Of a stretch of DNA of 41,138 nt, positions 1 through 8,387 are shown in pieces. The translations under genes were made by a program, and so were the position numbers. The stretch lies in NCBI GenBank assembly GCA_019242175.1, contig JAFAVZ010000007.1:1-41138 (forward strand), written 5' to 3'. The notes beneath the pieces were generated by a model. That model had not been told where the DNA came from and did not search any database. It saw nothing but the letters and a program-made list of their open reading frames with translations. The stretch comes from Acidobacteriota bacterium (lineage in GTDB: Bacteria; Acidobacteriota; Thermoanaerobaculia; Gp7-AA8). How positions within the stretch are numbered: position 1 is the stretch's first letter; every line of letters begins with the position of its first letter.

Positions 1-259
1 TCATGTTCCCGAAGTAGTACTCGTGCAGGACCATGCCGTTGTACTCGAAGCCGAGGCGGCGGGTGAGCTCCGAGAAGACCGGCATCTGGTCCTGATCGAC
101 CTTGCCGGACGAGACGAGGCTCGCGATCTTTTCGTTGAGCGTGTTCGTGTTGGTGACGTAGCCCTCGTACAGCTTGAAATGCATTTCGAGCGTTTGATCC
201 GAGATGCCCGTCAAGCCGGAGAGGTTGAATGTCTTTGGCTTGTACGTTTTTGGTTCCAT
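1..259 (-). CDS. Fe/Mn superoxide dismutase-family protein, N-terminal part (C-terminus lies outside the window)
   Basis: My translation of the minus strand from the ATG at 259-257 gives MEPKTYKPKTFNLSGLTGISDQTLEMHFKLYEGYVTNTNTLNEKI...GMVLHEYYFGNM. This resembles the SodA/SodB N-terminal hairpin (I-x-x-x-T-x-E-x-H, Y-V-x-N-x-N, H-x-x-Y/F-W/F). It is absent from the ORF track because it runs off the window edge. Confidence 0.6.
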   Translation of the reverse strand, partial: MEPKTYKPKTFNLSGLTGISDQTLEMHFKLYEGYVTNTNTLNEKIASLVSSGKVDQDQMPVFSELTRRLGFEYNGMVLHEYYFGNM

Positions 260-280
260 GCGCGCCGTGCGCTGCACGAA

Positions 281-1621
281 TCACACCGCTGTGCGAAATT
301 TCGCGTACAGATACGGGTAATTCGGGCGGAACCAGTTGCGGAACGAACGGCGGATGAGCTCCGGCGCCGTCGCCGGCGATGCGCCTTTCAGGACGTAATG
401 CTCGCCGTCGAAGAAGTCGTTGGAGTAGACCGGATAGGACGGCGTCGGCTCGAAGCCGGGGAAGCCGTCGAACACCGTCGACGTCCACTCCCAGCCGTTG
501 CCGACAAGGTCGTGCACGCCCCACGCGCTCGCGCCCGCCGGATGCGTTCCGATCGGCACCGGCTCCCAGTTCGTGAAGCCGAAGTTGCCGCGCGACGGAT
601 CGGGCAGCTCTTCACCCCACGGCTGCGAACGCTCCTCGCCGCTCGGCGTGCCGTACGCGGCACGGTGATACTCCGCCTCGCTCGGCAACCGCCCACCCTT
701 CCACCGCGCATACGCTTCCGCTTCGGCATGCGTGACGTACACCGGCCAGTCGTTCGGCAACGGGATGAGGTCGAACATGCCGCGCCAGTACCAGCCGCCG
801 TCCTTCTCCAGCCAGAAGTGCGGATGGCGAATGCCGCTCGTCGCGATCCACTGCCACGCTTTCGGGCTCCAGTACGACGGATCCTGATAGCCGCCCGCAT
901 TGATGAAGTCGAGATAGTCGCGGTTCGTGACGCTGTGTGCGTCGATGGCGAACGCCGGCACTTCCGCCTTCTGCTCCGGCAGCTCGTTGTCCCAGCCGAA
1001 GCCGATGTCTTCCCGATTCGCGCCGAGCGTGGCGACGCCAGCCGGAACCTCGATGCGCTGCTGCGTCGGCTGGATTCGAATCGTGCACGCGCGCAGGCGC
1101 GAAAGCGGCCGCCGCTTCACCTTCGCCTCGTGCGGCAGGTTGTGCAGCATGTAGAGCAGCGTCTCCTGATGCATCTGCTCGTGCTCGAGAATCACGAACG
1201 CGGCCTCGGCGCCCACGAGCTGCGGAACGCTCTCGTTTTCGAGCGGCGCGTCGCACAACGCCTTCTCCAGCATCGCGTCGGCCTCTGCGCCGTACGCCTG
1301 CACGTCTTCCCGCGCGGGCCAGAGCGAAGCCGGATCCTTCACGCCGGCCTCGTCTTCGGGATCGATGCCGCGGGCGAAAAGCGTCTCGTAGTCTTCCCGG
1401 ATGCCGTCGCGTTTGAGCGCGAGCTTCATCAGCGTGTTGACGGAGAACGCGGGTAGATGTCCCTCGTAGAAAACGATCGGATTGCGCAGCGCGATCGGAC
1501 GCTCGTAATAGATCTCGGGCCTCGGGATGGTGAAGACGTCGGCGGTGCGCGCGCGGCCGCCGCGGAACCAGGCGATGAGGTCGTCGCGCGTGACGCCGTT
1601 CGGGAAGGCGGGATGTTTCAC
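281..1621 (-). CDS. SUMF1/EgtB/PvdO-family non-heme iron enzyme (DinB-like N-domain plus FGE-sulfatase domain; sulfoxide-synthase-like)
   Basis: 446-aa ORF. The N-terminal NPIVFYEGHLPAFSVN and EHEQMHQETLLYM are DinB-type His motifs. The C-terminal half has FGE-sulfatase-type motifs (GGRLPSEAEY, GVHDLVGNGWEWT, VLKGASP). There is a 21-nt gap to the downstream SOD-like gene. Confidence 0.8.
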   Translation of the reverse strand: MKHPAFPNGVTRDDLIAWFRGGRARTADVFTIPRPEIYYERPIALRNPIVFYEGHLPAFSVNTLMKLALKRDGIREDYETLFARGIDPEDEAGVKDPASLWPAREDVQAYGAEADAMLEKALCDAPLENESVPQLVGAEAAFVILEHEQMHQETLLYMLHNLPHEAKVKRRPLSRLRACTIRIQPTQQRIEVPAGVATLGANREDIGFGWDNELPEQKAEVPAFAIDAHSVTNRDYLDFINAGGYQDPSYWSPKAWQWIATSGIRHPHFWLEKDGGWYWRGMFDLIPLPNDWPVYVTHAEAEAYARWKGGRLPSEAEYHRAAYGTPSGEERSQPWGEELPDPSRGNFGFTNWEPVPIGTHPAGASAWGVHDLVGNGWEWTSTVFDGFPGFEPTPSYPVYSNDFFDGEHYVLKGASPATAPELIRRSFRNWFRPNYPYLYAKFRTAV

Positions 1622-1629
1622 GGGGCGAA

Positions 1630-2391
1630 TTATGACGCGATCGTCGCCGGCTCGCCGACGGGGACTTCGATGACGCGGAAAGGCGGCTTGCCTGGATACG
1701 TCGCCGCGAGCAACGGCAGCGCGACGTTGTAGACCGGCGCGTTTCCTTTCGTCTTCCCTTCGACCGAGCCGCGATGCGCGTGGCCGTGGAAAACGGCGCT
1801 CACGCGGTAGCGGTCGATCGGCTCTTCGAGACGGGAGGAGCCGAGGAAGGGCATGATCTCGAGCGGCTCTCCGTCGCAGGTGGCCTGGATCGGCGAGTAG
1901 TGGAGCACGGCGATCTTCTGCGGCGTGCGCAGACGCGCGAGAGCGGCCTCGAGCTTGAGCGACTCTTCGACCGTCTCATGCACGAACTTCTTGATCATCT
2001 CTTCGCCCCACGCGCCGAGCGCGCGCCGGCCGAAGCCGCCGCCGAAGCCTTTGACGCCGGCAAAGCCGACGCCCTCGATCTCCGCGCTGTCGCCGTCGAG
2101 CATCAGCACGCCCGCGTCTTGGAGAATCGCCTTGATCTCGTCCGCGTGGCCCATCTCGTAGTCGTGGTTGCCGAAGACGGCGACGGACGGAATGCGCAGC
2201 GCCGTCGTGATCTCCTTCGCCAAGACCTTCGCTTCTTCGACCGCGCCGTAGTCGGTGAGATCGCCGCACATCAGCAGTACGTCCGCGTCCGTCGTGATCT
2301 TGCTGAAGAGGTCGTGGTACGTGCCGGCGCCGTTCTTCTTGACGTGAATGTCGGCGACCGCCGCAATGCGCAGAGTGTCTCGCTGGCCCAT
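1630..2391 (-). CDS. Metallophosphoesterase (calcineurin-like phosphoesterase)
   Basis: I chose the internal ATG (MGQRDTLRIAAVADIHV...). Motifs are DIH, GDLTD, GNHDYE, and HYSP...GHAHRG. The longer track ORF (to 2802) runs through the upstream gene in another frame. Confidence 0.8.
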   Translation of the reverse strand: MGQRDTLRIAAVADIHVKKNGAGTYHDLFSKITTDADVLLMCGDLTDYGAVEEAKVLAKEITTALRIPSVAVFGNHDYEMGHADEIKAILQDAGVLMLDGDSAEIEGVGFAGVKGFGGGFGRRALGAWGEEMIKKFVHETVEESLKLEAALARLRTPQKIAVLHYSPIQATCDGEPLEIMPFLGSSRLEEPIDRYRVSAVFHGHAHRGSVEGKTKGNAPVYNVALPLLAATYPGKPPFRVIEVPVGEPATIAS

Positions 2392-3197
2392 CACTTCGCT
2401 CCGTCTAAAGCAATGCCAGCAGTCCAGTGAGCGATGTCTTCCGCCGACATCTTCCCCATTGGCTTCAGCCGCGGATCGGCGTAGCCCCACTCGTGGATGT
2501 CCTTCAGGTACTGCTGGCGGCTGATGATCGTGCCGTAGCAGACCTTCTCGGTCGCATCCGGCTGCGCGGTCTCGTTCGCGATCCGGTCGCCCAGCTCCTT
2601 CATCACCCACTGCGGCACCTGGGAGCGATGCGACGGATAGATGAAGCCGAACATCACGATGTGCGCGTACAGCGCGCGCCAAAGGTGCGCGTAGCGATCG
2701 ATGAGCCGGCGCCAGTCGAGCTTGTGGCCGACGGCTTTGATCACGTGGGCGACGTCGGCTCCATCGAACCGCTCCCGTTCCATGATCAGCCCCTTCGACC
2801 AAATCATCTCCTCGGCCGGAATGATCCCGACCGACATGCCCAGAACCGTCTCCGGGACCTGATGCTCGAACCAGATTTCGTCGACTTCGGCGACGCCGTT
2901 GCCGGCGCTGTAGATCAGATCGATGAAGTCGTCGCCTTTGAACGCCTTGCCCAGCCAGTGCGGAAAGGTGAGCTCCGCTTCATAGCCGGCTTCGCGTAAG
3001 ACCTTCGCCGCCGGCTCGAAGTCCGCGCGGCGGATGAAGATGTCGAAGTCCTTCGTGTGCCGCTCGATGCCCGTGTACCGGGCGAACGCGTACGCGCCGC
3101 CGACGAGGTACGGGACGCCGGCCTTGTCGAGCCTTCCGAGGGCGTCCTGATAAAAGCGAATGGTGTGCTCTTCGACCGCGAGAACTACGCTTGCCAT
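2391..3197 (-). CDS. Pol-beta-fold nucleotidyltransferase-family protein, function unknown
   Basis: I chose the start at MASVVLAVEE. It carries the NTase signature LVGGAYAF...TKDFDIFI (G-G/S then DxD). Its stop TGA shares one base with the metallophosphoesterase ATG (TGATG). The start codon is uncertain, because an upstream ATG also exists. Confidence 0.6.
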   Translation of the reverse strand: MASVVLAVEEHTIRFYQDALGRLDKAGVPYLVGGAYAFARYTGIERHTKDFDIFIRRADFEPAAKVLREAGYEAELTFPHWLGKAFKGDDFIDLIYSAGNGVAEVDEIWFEHQVPETVLGMSVGIIPAEEMIWSKGLIMERERFDGADVAHVIKAVGHKLDWRRLIDRYAHLWRALYAHIVMFGFIYPSHRSQVPQWVMKELGDRIANETAQPDATEKVCYGTIISRQQYLKDIHEWGYADPRLKPMGKMSAEDIAHWTAGIALDGAK

Positions 3198-3439
3198 CGC
3201 CGTGCTGAACTGCACGGGGCATGCCTTCGGTTTTTGGTCAACTTTCGACGGCGTACCCGGCGTCGACCCACGCATCGAGGCCGCCGGCGAGCGGCGGTCG
3301 GGACACGCCGCGTAGCGAAACGTCAGCCGGTCTTTTCTTGGACGATGGGTCTGTCCGAGCTGGGAACCACTTTCTTCCCCATTTGTGGCGTTCGCCACAA
3401 ACGTCCCGCATCGGTGTCTTTCGATCGAAGGAGGGGACG

Positions 3440-3613
3440 ATGCGTTTCGAGAAATACCGCGACAACCGGAAAGAGTGGCGCTGGCGGCTGTACTCCAAGA
3501 ACAACCGGATCATCGCCGTCTCCAGCGAGGGCTACGATCGCGAGGATTCCTGCGATCACAGCATCGAGCTGGTGAAGCAAGCCGTCGACGCGCCGGTCAA
3601 GTCGGCCGAGTAA
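3440..3613 (+). CDS. YegP-family (DUF1508) small protein
   Basis: MRFEKYRDNRKEWRWRLYSKNNRIIAVSSEGYDREDSCDHSIELVKQ matches the typical single DUF1508 repeat. A GGAGG sits 6-10 nt upstream of the ATG. Confidence 0.75.
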   Translation: MRFEKYRDNRKEWRWRLYSKNNRIIAVSSEGYDREDSCDHSIELVKQAVDAPVKSAE

Positions 3614-3626
3614 AGGAGCATCGGCG

Positions 3627-4661
3627 ATGGGCTTCTCGTATCGCCAGTCCGTTTCCGTCGGCCCGTTTCGATTCAACCTCTCCGGCTCCGGCGTCGGGAT
3701 GTCCGTCGGCGTTCGGGGCTTCCGCGTCGGGACCGGACCGCGCGGCAATTACGTGAGGCTCGGCGCCCGCGGCGTCTCGTATCGCTGCGCGCTTCCGTCC
3801 GCGCCAACGCCGTCGACACCGCCGCAGCCGCGGTTGATCAGCGGCGGCGTCGCAATGCAGGAGATCGAGTCGACGAGTGCGGCGATGATCGTCGACTCGT
3901 CTTCCGAGACGCTGCTGAACGAGATCCGCGAGAAACGGCGCTTGCTGGCGCTGAAGCCTTTCGCGATCGTCCTCACCTGCATCGCCATCCCGTTCGCGGT
4001 TGCGAACGGCTGGGGCATTGCGACTCTCGTCGTCGGCATCGTCGCGATCCTCGCGGCGTCGCATCGCGATCGCGTGCGCAAGACCGTCGTCATCCTCTAC
4101 GACTTCGAGGCCCATGCCGCCGAGATGTTCCGCCGCTTCGGCGAGTGGGCCGAGGCGCTGGCGTCTTCGCGCGGCGCGTGGCATGTGGCTTCGGAAGGGC
4201 GCGGACACAATCGCAAGTACCACGCGGGCGCGTCGACGCTGGTGAAACGGAACGCGACGACGATCCGCACCGCCGAACCGCCCGGCATCCGGACGAACGT
4301 CCCGGTGCTGAGCATCGGCGTCGGCAGGCAAACGCTCTACTTCCTCCCCGACCGCCTGCTCGTGTTCGACCGCACCGGCGTCGGCGCCATCTCGTACGCG
4401 ACGCTCGACATCTCCGTGAATCGCCAACGTTTCATCGAGGAAAGCAGAGCGCCGTCGGACGCGACGATCGTCGGTCACACGTGGCGCTACGTGAACAAGA
4501 ACGGCGGTCCGGACCGGCGCTTCAACAACAACCCGCAGCTCCCGATCTGCCTCTACGACGAGATCTCGCTGCGGACGGCATCGGGGCTGAACGAGGTCGT
4601 GCAGATCTCGCGCTCCGGGATCGGGGAGGGATTCGCGGCGGCGGTGCGGGGGTTGGCGTGA
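3627..4661 (+). CDS. DUF4236 domain-containing membrane protein
   Basis: The N-terminus MGFSYRQSVSVGPFRFNLSGSGVGMSVGVRGFRVGTGPRGNYV is the DUF4236 signature. A hydrophobic segment follows (FAIVLTCIAIPFAVANGWGIATLVVGIVAILAA). AGGAG lies upstream. Confidence 0.75.
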   Translation: MGFSYRQSVSVGPFRFNLSGSGVGMSVGVRGFRVGTGPRGNYVRLGARGVSYRCALPSAPTPSTPPQPRLISGGVAMQEIESTSAAMIVDSSSETLLNEIREKRRLLALKPFAIVLTCIAIPFAVANGWGIATLVVGIVAILAASHRDRVRKTVVILYDFEAHAAEMFRRFGEWAEALASSRGAWHVASEGRGHNRKYHAGASTLVKRNATTIRTAEPPGIRTNVPVLSIGVGRQTLYFLPDRLLVFDRTGVGAISYATLDISVNRQRFIEESRAPSDATIVGHTWRYVNKNGGPDRRFNNNPQLPICLYDEISLRTASGLNEVVQISRSGIGEGFAAAVRGLA

Positions 4662-4664
4662 GAC

Positions 4665-4701
4665 CTAGGCTGGCCAACGAACGCCGCGGGGCGTGCCCGC
4701 C
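4665..4701 (+). repeat. Repeat family C copy (GGCCAAC-N-CGC-N-GC-rich hairpin)
   Basis: ctaggctggccaacgaacgccgcggggcgtgcccgcc aligns by eye with 23771-23802, 37216-37248 and the reverse complement of 32609-32643. Confidence 0.6.
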
Positions 4702-4779
4702 TCGCGAACGGCACGTTGATCTACGGAAGAGTCCTTCCCGGCGGCGTGGACTCCTTCGCGTTCGGCCGCGCCCGCGCCG

Positions 4780-5616
4780 CTAGCGTACCTGCTCGATCAC
4801 GATCATCGCGCTGTTCGTGAACAGCTTGATGCTCGGCTGCGACCCGCCGCCCAACCGTAGGTACTTCTTGTTTGCGGCCCAGGTCGCGGTCGAGCATTTC
4901 TTGCAGAGGATCTCGCCCTGTTCGTCGGTGCGGGCCTCGAGCGCGGGGATCGAGCTGTCGCGTAGCTTCAGAGAGATCGGGCCGTTCTGCGTATTGGCCT
5001 CGAGGCGGCCGGAGATCTTCTCGATCGAGATCCCGCCATTGGCCGTCGACACGCGGCTCTCGCCGTCGAGCTGCGCGATGGAGATGCCGCCGTTCGTCGA
5101 CTGCGCGGTCACCTTGCCGCTCATGTTCCGGATGGCGATGCCGCCGTTGGCGGAGGCGACGTCGACGTTCGACGTCTTGGGGACGCGGAGGATCATGTGG
5201 ACCCACCACACCTGGCTCTCGCCGATCTCCGGGCCGGCGGAGACGATCTCGCCGTTGTGCACGGAAACGGTCACGGAGCTGAGCGCCCGTTGCGCCGCCA
5301 CCTCGGTCAGCGCCATCGCGTACTTGCAGATCGTGAGGCGCGCGGTCGGTTTGTCCCAGCCGCGCACCGAGACGCCGCCCTCTTCGCTGGCTCGCACCTT
5401 CACGAGGTCGATGCCGGAGAGCGCGACGTCGCGCTGCTCCTCCTGGCGCGCCTGCTTGGGGAAAGACGTGGTGTTCTGGGTGTGGAAGTGCTCGCAGTCG
5501 TCGCCTTCCTTCAGGGAATGGTCGGCGGACGTGACGATGAGCGGGCGTTGAGACGCCGCGGCTGCCGGCGTGGAGATCGCCGTCAGGAGGACAAATGCGA
5601 GCGCAGCCCCTCTCAT
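4780..5616 (-). CDS. Secreted DUF4097-family beta-strand-repeat protein (putative adhesin)
   Basis: It has a signal peptide (MRGAALAFVLLTAISTPAAAAS) and repeated NGGI(A/S)I motifs (ANGGIAIRN, TNGGISIAQ, ANGGISIEK, QNGPISLK). It is divergent from the ECF sigma gene. Confidence 0.75.
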   Translation of the reverse strand: MRGAALAFVLLTAISTPAAAASQRPLIVTSADHSLKEGDDCEHFHTQNTTSFPKQARQEEQRDVALSGIDLVKVRASEEGGVSVRGWDKPTARLTICKYAMALTEVAAQRALSSVTVSVHNGEIVSAGPEIGESQVWWVHMILRVPKTSNVDVASANGGIAIRNMSGKVTAQSTNGGISIAQLDGESRVSTANGGISIEKISGRLEANTQNGPISLKLRDSSIPALEARTDEQGEILCKKCSTATWAANKKYLRLGGGSQPSIKLFTNSAMIVIEQVR

Positions 5617-5765
5617 GAGTTTTCCAAGGCCCTGCTTCTGAAGTTACGCACCAGAAGCAGCTAAGTTTCGGTTACGGCCCGGAAGTGTGACACGGAAAGG
5701 GCGGTTTGTGGGGCGAGGCGGCTGTGGCTAACCGAAACGGACCTTCCGAGTCTAACGGCTTCGAG

Positions 5766-6353
5766 ATGGAGACGACGACCGACGTCGGCACCGTGGGCCG
5801 GGCCCGGCACGGAGACCCGGACGCCTTCCGGCAGCTGGTCGAGCGCCACAGCAAGCCCATCTTCCGAGTGGCCTATCGCATGACCGGAAACGAGCACGAC
5901 GCCGACGATGTGGTTCAGGAGACCTTCCTCCGAGCCTACAAACAGCTCGAGCAATTCGAGGAGCGGGCGAACTTCGGCACCTGGCTCCACCGCATCGCCG
6001 TGAATTGCTCGCTCGATCTCCTCCGCTCCCGCGGCCGCCACGACAAACACTACGCCGGCGACACCGCCGACGAGCTCCTGCAGGGAGAGATCAAAGCCGT
6101 CGATCCCCAGCCCGATCGCCTCCTGCTGAGCGTGGAGCTTCAGCAACACGTCACCGCCGCCCTCGAACGCCTCAGCGGCAACGAGCGGACGGCTTTCGTT
6201 CTCCGCCACTTCGAAGGCATGCCGGTCGAAGAGATCGGCAAAACCCTCGGCATCCAGGTCAACGCGGCGAAGCACACCATCTTCCGCGCCGTGCGGAAGC
6301 TGCGCGAAGCCCTGGAGCCGTTCGTGAGGTCATCCCATGCAACATCTCAATGA
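5766..6353 (+). CDS. ECF-type RNA polymerase sigma-70 family factor
   Basis: Region 2 is DDVVQETFLRAY...FGTWLHRIAVN. Region 4 HTH is MPVEEIGKTLGIQVNAAKHTIFRAVRKLR. I preferred the ATG at 5766 over the alternate start at 5706. Confidence 0.85.
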   Translation: METTTDVGTVGRARHGDPDAFRQLVERHSKPIFRVAYRMTGNEHDADDVVQETFLRAYKQLEQFEERANFGTWLHRIAVNCSLDLLRSRGRHDKHYAGDTADELLQGEIKAVDPQPDRLLLSVELQQHVTAALERLSGNERTAFVLRHFEGMPVEEIGKTLGIQVNAAKHTIFRAVRKLREALEPFVRSSHATSQ

Positions 6354-7125
6354 AGAACTGCTGGTAGCGCACTACTACCACGACGATGAAACGCCCGCCG
6401 CGGTCGAGGAGCATCTGCGCGCGTGCGGCGAGTGCCGCGCGCAGTACGAAACGATCCGCCGCGTGCTCGCGCTCGTGGACGACGCGCCCGTTCCGGAGCG
6501 CGGCGAGCAGTATGGTGAACAAGTCTGGAATCGCCTCAGATGGAAGCTCGGACGCGAGCGCCGGACGGGCGTGCGTTGGCAAACCCTCGTCGCGGCCGCG
6601 GCGTTGGTGGCCATCGCTTTCTTCGGCGGTCTGCTGTGGCAGAAGCGCAACGTCGCGCCGGCTCTTCCGGAGAGATCGGTCGCGACGTCGGCGCTTCCCG
6701 CCGCGGCGAAAGAGACCGCAAATGCAATCGCAGCCAGTCCCGATCGCGTGCTTCTCGTCGTGGTCGGCGACCACCTCGATTCGTCCGAACGGATGCTCGT
6801 CGAGCTGGCCAACGCCGACCCGAAGAAGACGCTCGACATCTCATCGCAGCAGAGGCGAGCCGTAGACCTCGTCGCGTCGAACCGCATCTACCGCCAGACG
6901 GCGGCGCAGCGCGGCGACGAACGGATCGCCGCAGTCCTGAATGATCTGGAGCCGGTGCTCGTAGAGCTCTCGCATGCCGGCTCCTCGCTCACGCCGGAGG
7001 AGGTGAGCGCCCTGCAGAAACGCATCGATGCGAAGGGGCTCCTTTTCAAAGTGCGCGTCGTGAGCGCGCAGGGCGGCCGCGCCGAGCAGCAGCGCGCGAC
7101 CCCCATCGACTCGAATTCTCTCTGA
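6337..7125 (+). CDS. Anti-sigma factor (zf-HC2 type) with one transmembrane segment
   Basis: It has an H-x3-C-x2-C motif (EEHLRACGECRAQ) and a TM segment (LVAAAALVAIAFFGGLLW). It overlaps the sigma gene by 17 nt. Confidence 0.75.
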   Translation: MQHLNEELLVAHYYHDDETPAAVEEHLRACGECRAQYETIRRVLALVDDAPVPERGEQYGEQVWNRLRWKLGRERRTGVRWQTLVAAAALVAIAFFGGLLWQKRNVAPALPERSVATSALPAAAKETANAIAASPDRVLLVVVGDHLDSSERMLVELANADPKKTLDISSQQRRAVDLVASNRIYRQTAAQRGDERIAAVLNDLEPVLVELSHAGSSLTPEEVSALQKRIDAKGLLFKVRVVSAQGGRAEQQRATPIDSNSL

Positions 7126-7135
7126 AGGAACCGAC

Positions 7136-8380
7136 ATGAAAACGATCCGCATCCTCCTCCTCTCCGCGCTCTTCGCCGCCACGGCGGCTGTCTCGGCCGC
7201 GCCGTACTTCGGCAGCGAGCGCGACGACCGCGAATCCGAAAAGAAAGAGCGGATGGTCGAGAAAGAGGAAGACCTCTACGACAAAGGCACCGACCTCCTC
7301 GACGACCACGAATGGCGCAAAGCCATCGCCGCCTTCGACGCCGTCTACAGCATGAAGATGTCCCACGCCGACGGCGCGCTCTACTGGCGCGCCTGGGCCC
7401 AGAAGCAGCTCGGCCAGCGCTCGGAAGCGCTCTCCAGCATCGCGGAGCTGCGCCAGACTTTCCCTCAGAGCCGTTGGCTCGAAGACGCGAAGGCGCTCGA
7501 AGTGGAAGTGCGCCAGCAGGCCGGCCAGAGCATCGAGCCGGAGCACGTCCAGGATGAAGACCTGAAGCTGATGGCCGTCACGGCGCTGATGCACTCCGAG
7601 CCGGACCGCGCCATCCCGATCCTCGACGGCGTCCTGAAGAATCCGAAGTCGTCCCGGAAGGTGAAGGACAAGGCGATCTTCGTCCTCAGCCAAACCTCCG
7701 ATCCGAAAGCCTTCGAGATCCTCGGTCGCCTCGCGAAAGACACCGGCAACCGCGAGCTCCAGGGCAGCGCCCTCCGTTACCTCGGCATCATGGGCGGCGA
7801 CCGCAGCCGCCAAACGCTGGCCGAGGTTTATGCGGCTACGCCGGATGTTTCGATCAAGAAGTCCGTGCTGCGCGCATACATGATCGCGGGCGATCGCGGG
7901 CGTCTGCTCACGACCGCGAAGTCGGAGAAAGACGTCGAGCTGCGCGCGGAAGCGGTGCGCCAGCTGGGCGTGATCGGCGCGCGCGGCGAGCTCGCCGACC
8001 TCTATGCTGCGGAGACGGACAAGCGCATCAAGAAGGGCATCATCCAGGCGATGTTCATCGGCGGCAACGCCGACAAATTGGGCGAGCTCGCCCGCAACGA
8101 GCGCGACCCGGAGCTCCGTTCCACCGCCATCAAGAACCTCGGGCTCATGGGCGGCGCGAAGGCCGGCGCGTTGCTGCTCTCCATCTACCAGACGGACCAA
8201 AATCAGGAAGTGCGTTCGGCGGTGATCAACGCGCTGTTCCTCCAGGGCAACGCGAAGACGCTCGTCGATCTCGCCCGCGGCGAGAAAGATCCGGAGTTGA
8301 AGAAGGCGATCATCTCCAAGCTCTCGATCATGGGCTCGCGCGAGGCGACGGACTACCTGATGGAGTACCTCAAGGAGTAG
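7136..8380 (+). CDS. Secreted HEAT-repeat protein
   Basis: It has a signal peptide (MKTIRILLLSALFAATAAVSA). The periodic motifs A(V/I)xxLG..G... (VRQLGVIGARGE, AIKNLGLMGG, VINALFLQGN) are typical of PBS-lyase HEAT-like repeats. Confidence 0.7.
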   Translation: MKTIRILLLSALFAATAAVSAAPYFGSERDDRESEKKERMVEKEEDLYDKGTDLLDDHEWRKAIAAFDAVYSMKMSHADGALYWRAWAQKQLGQRSEALSSIAELRQTFPQSRWLEDAKALEVEVRQQAGQSIEPEHVQDEDLKLMAVTALMHSEPDRAIPILDGVLKNPKSSRKVKDKAIFVLSQTSDPKAFEILGRLAKDTGNRELQGSALRYLGIMGGDRSRQTLAEVYAATPDVSIKKSVLRAYMIAGDRGRLLTTAKSEKDVELRAEAVRQLGVIGARGELADLYAAETDKRIKKGIIQAMFIGGNADKLGELARNERDPELRSTAIKNLGLMGGAKAGALLLSIYQTDQNQEVRSAVINALFLQGNAKTLVDLARGEKDPELKKAIISKLSIMGSREATDYLMEYLKE

Positions 8381-8387
8381 CTATAAT

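Noticed and set aside
23-1456. 477-aa plus-strand ORF, plus several nested ORFs antisense to the EgtB-like gene
   Set aside because: The Arg/Ala-rich composition is typical of antisense frames in high-GC DNA, and I recognise no motifs. The opposite strand encodes a well-formed DinB plus FGE-sulfatase protein.
5735-5765. GAAAC...GTCTAA resembling an ECF-type -35/-10 promoter upstream of the sigma gene
   Set aside because: The spacer is only about 11 nt, against the expected 16-17. It sits immediately against the start codon, so it is not supportable.
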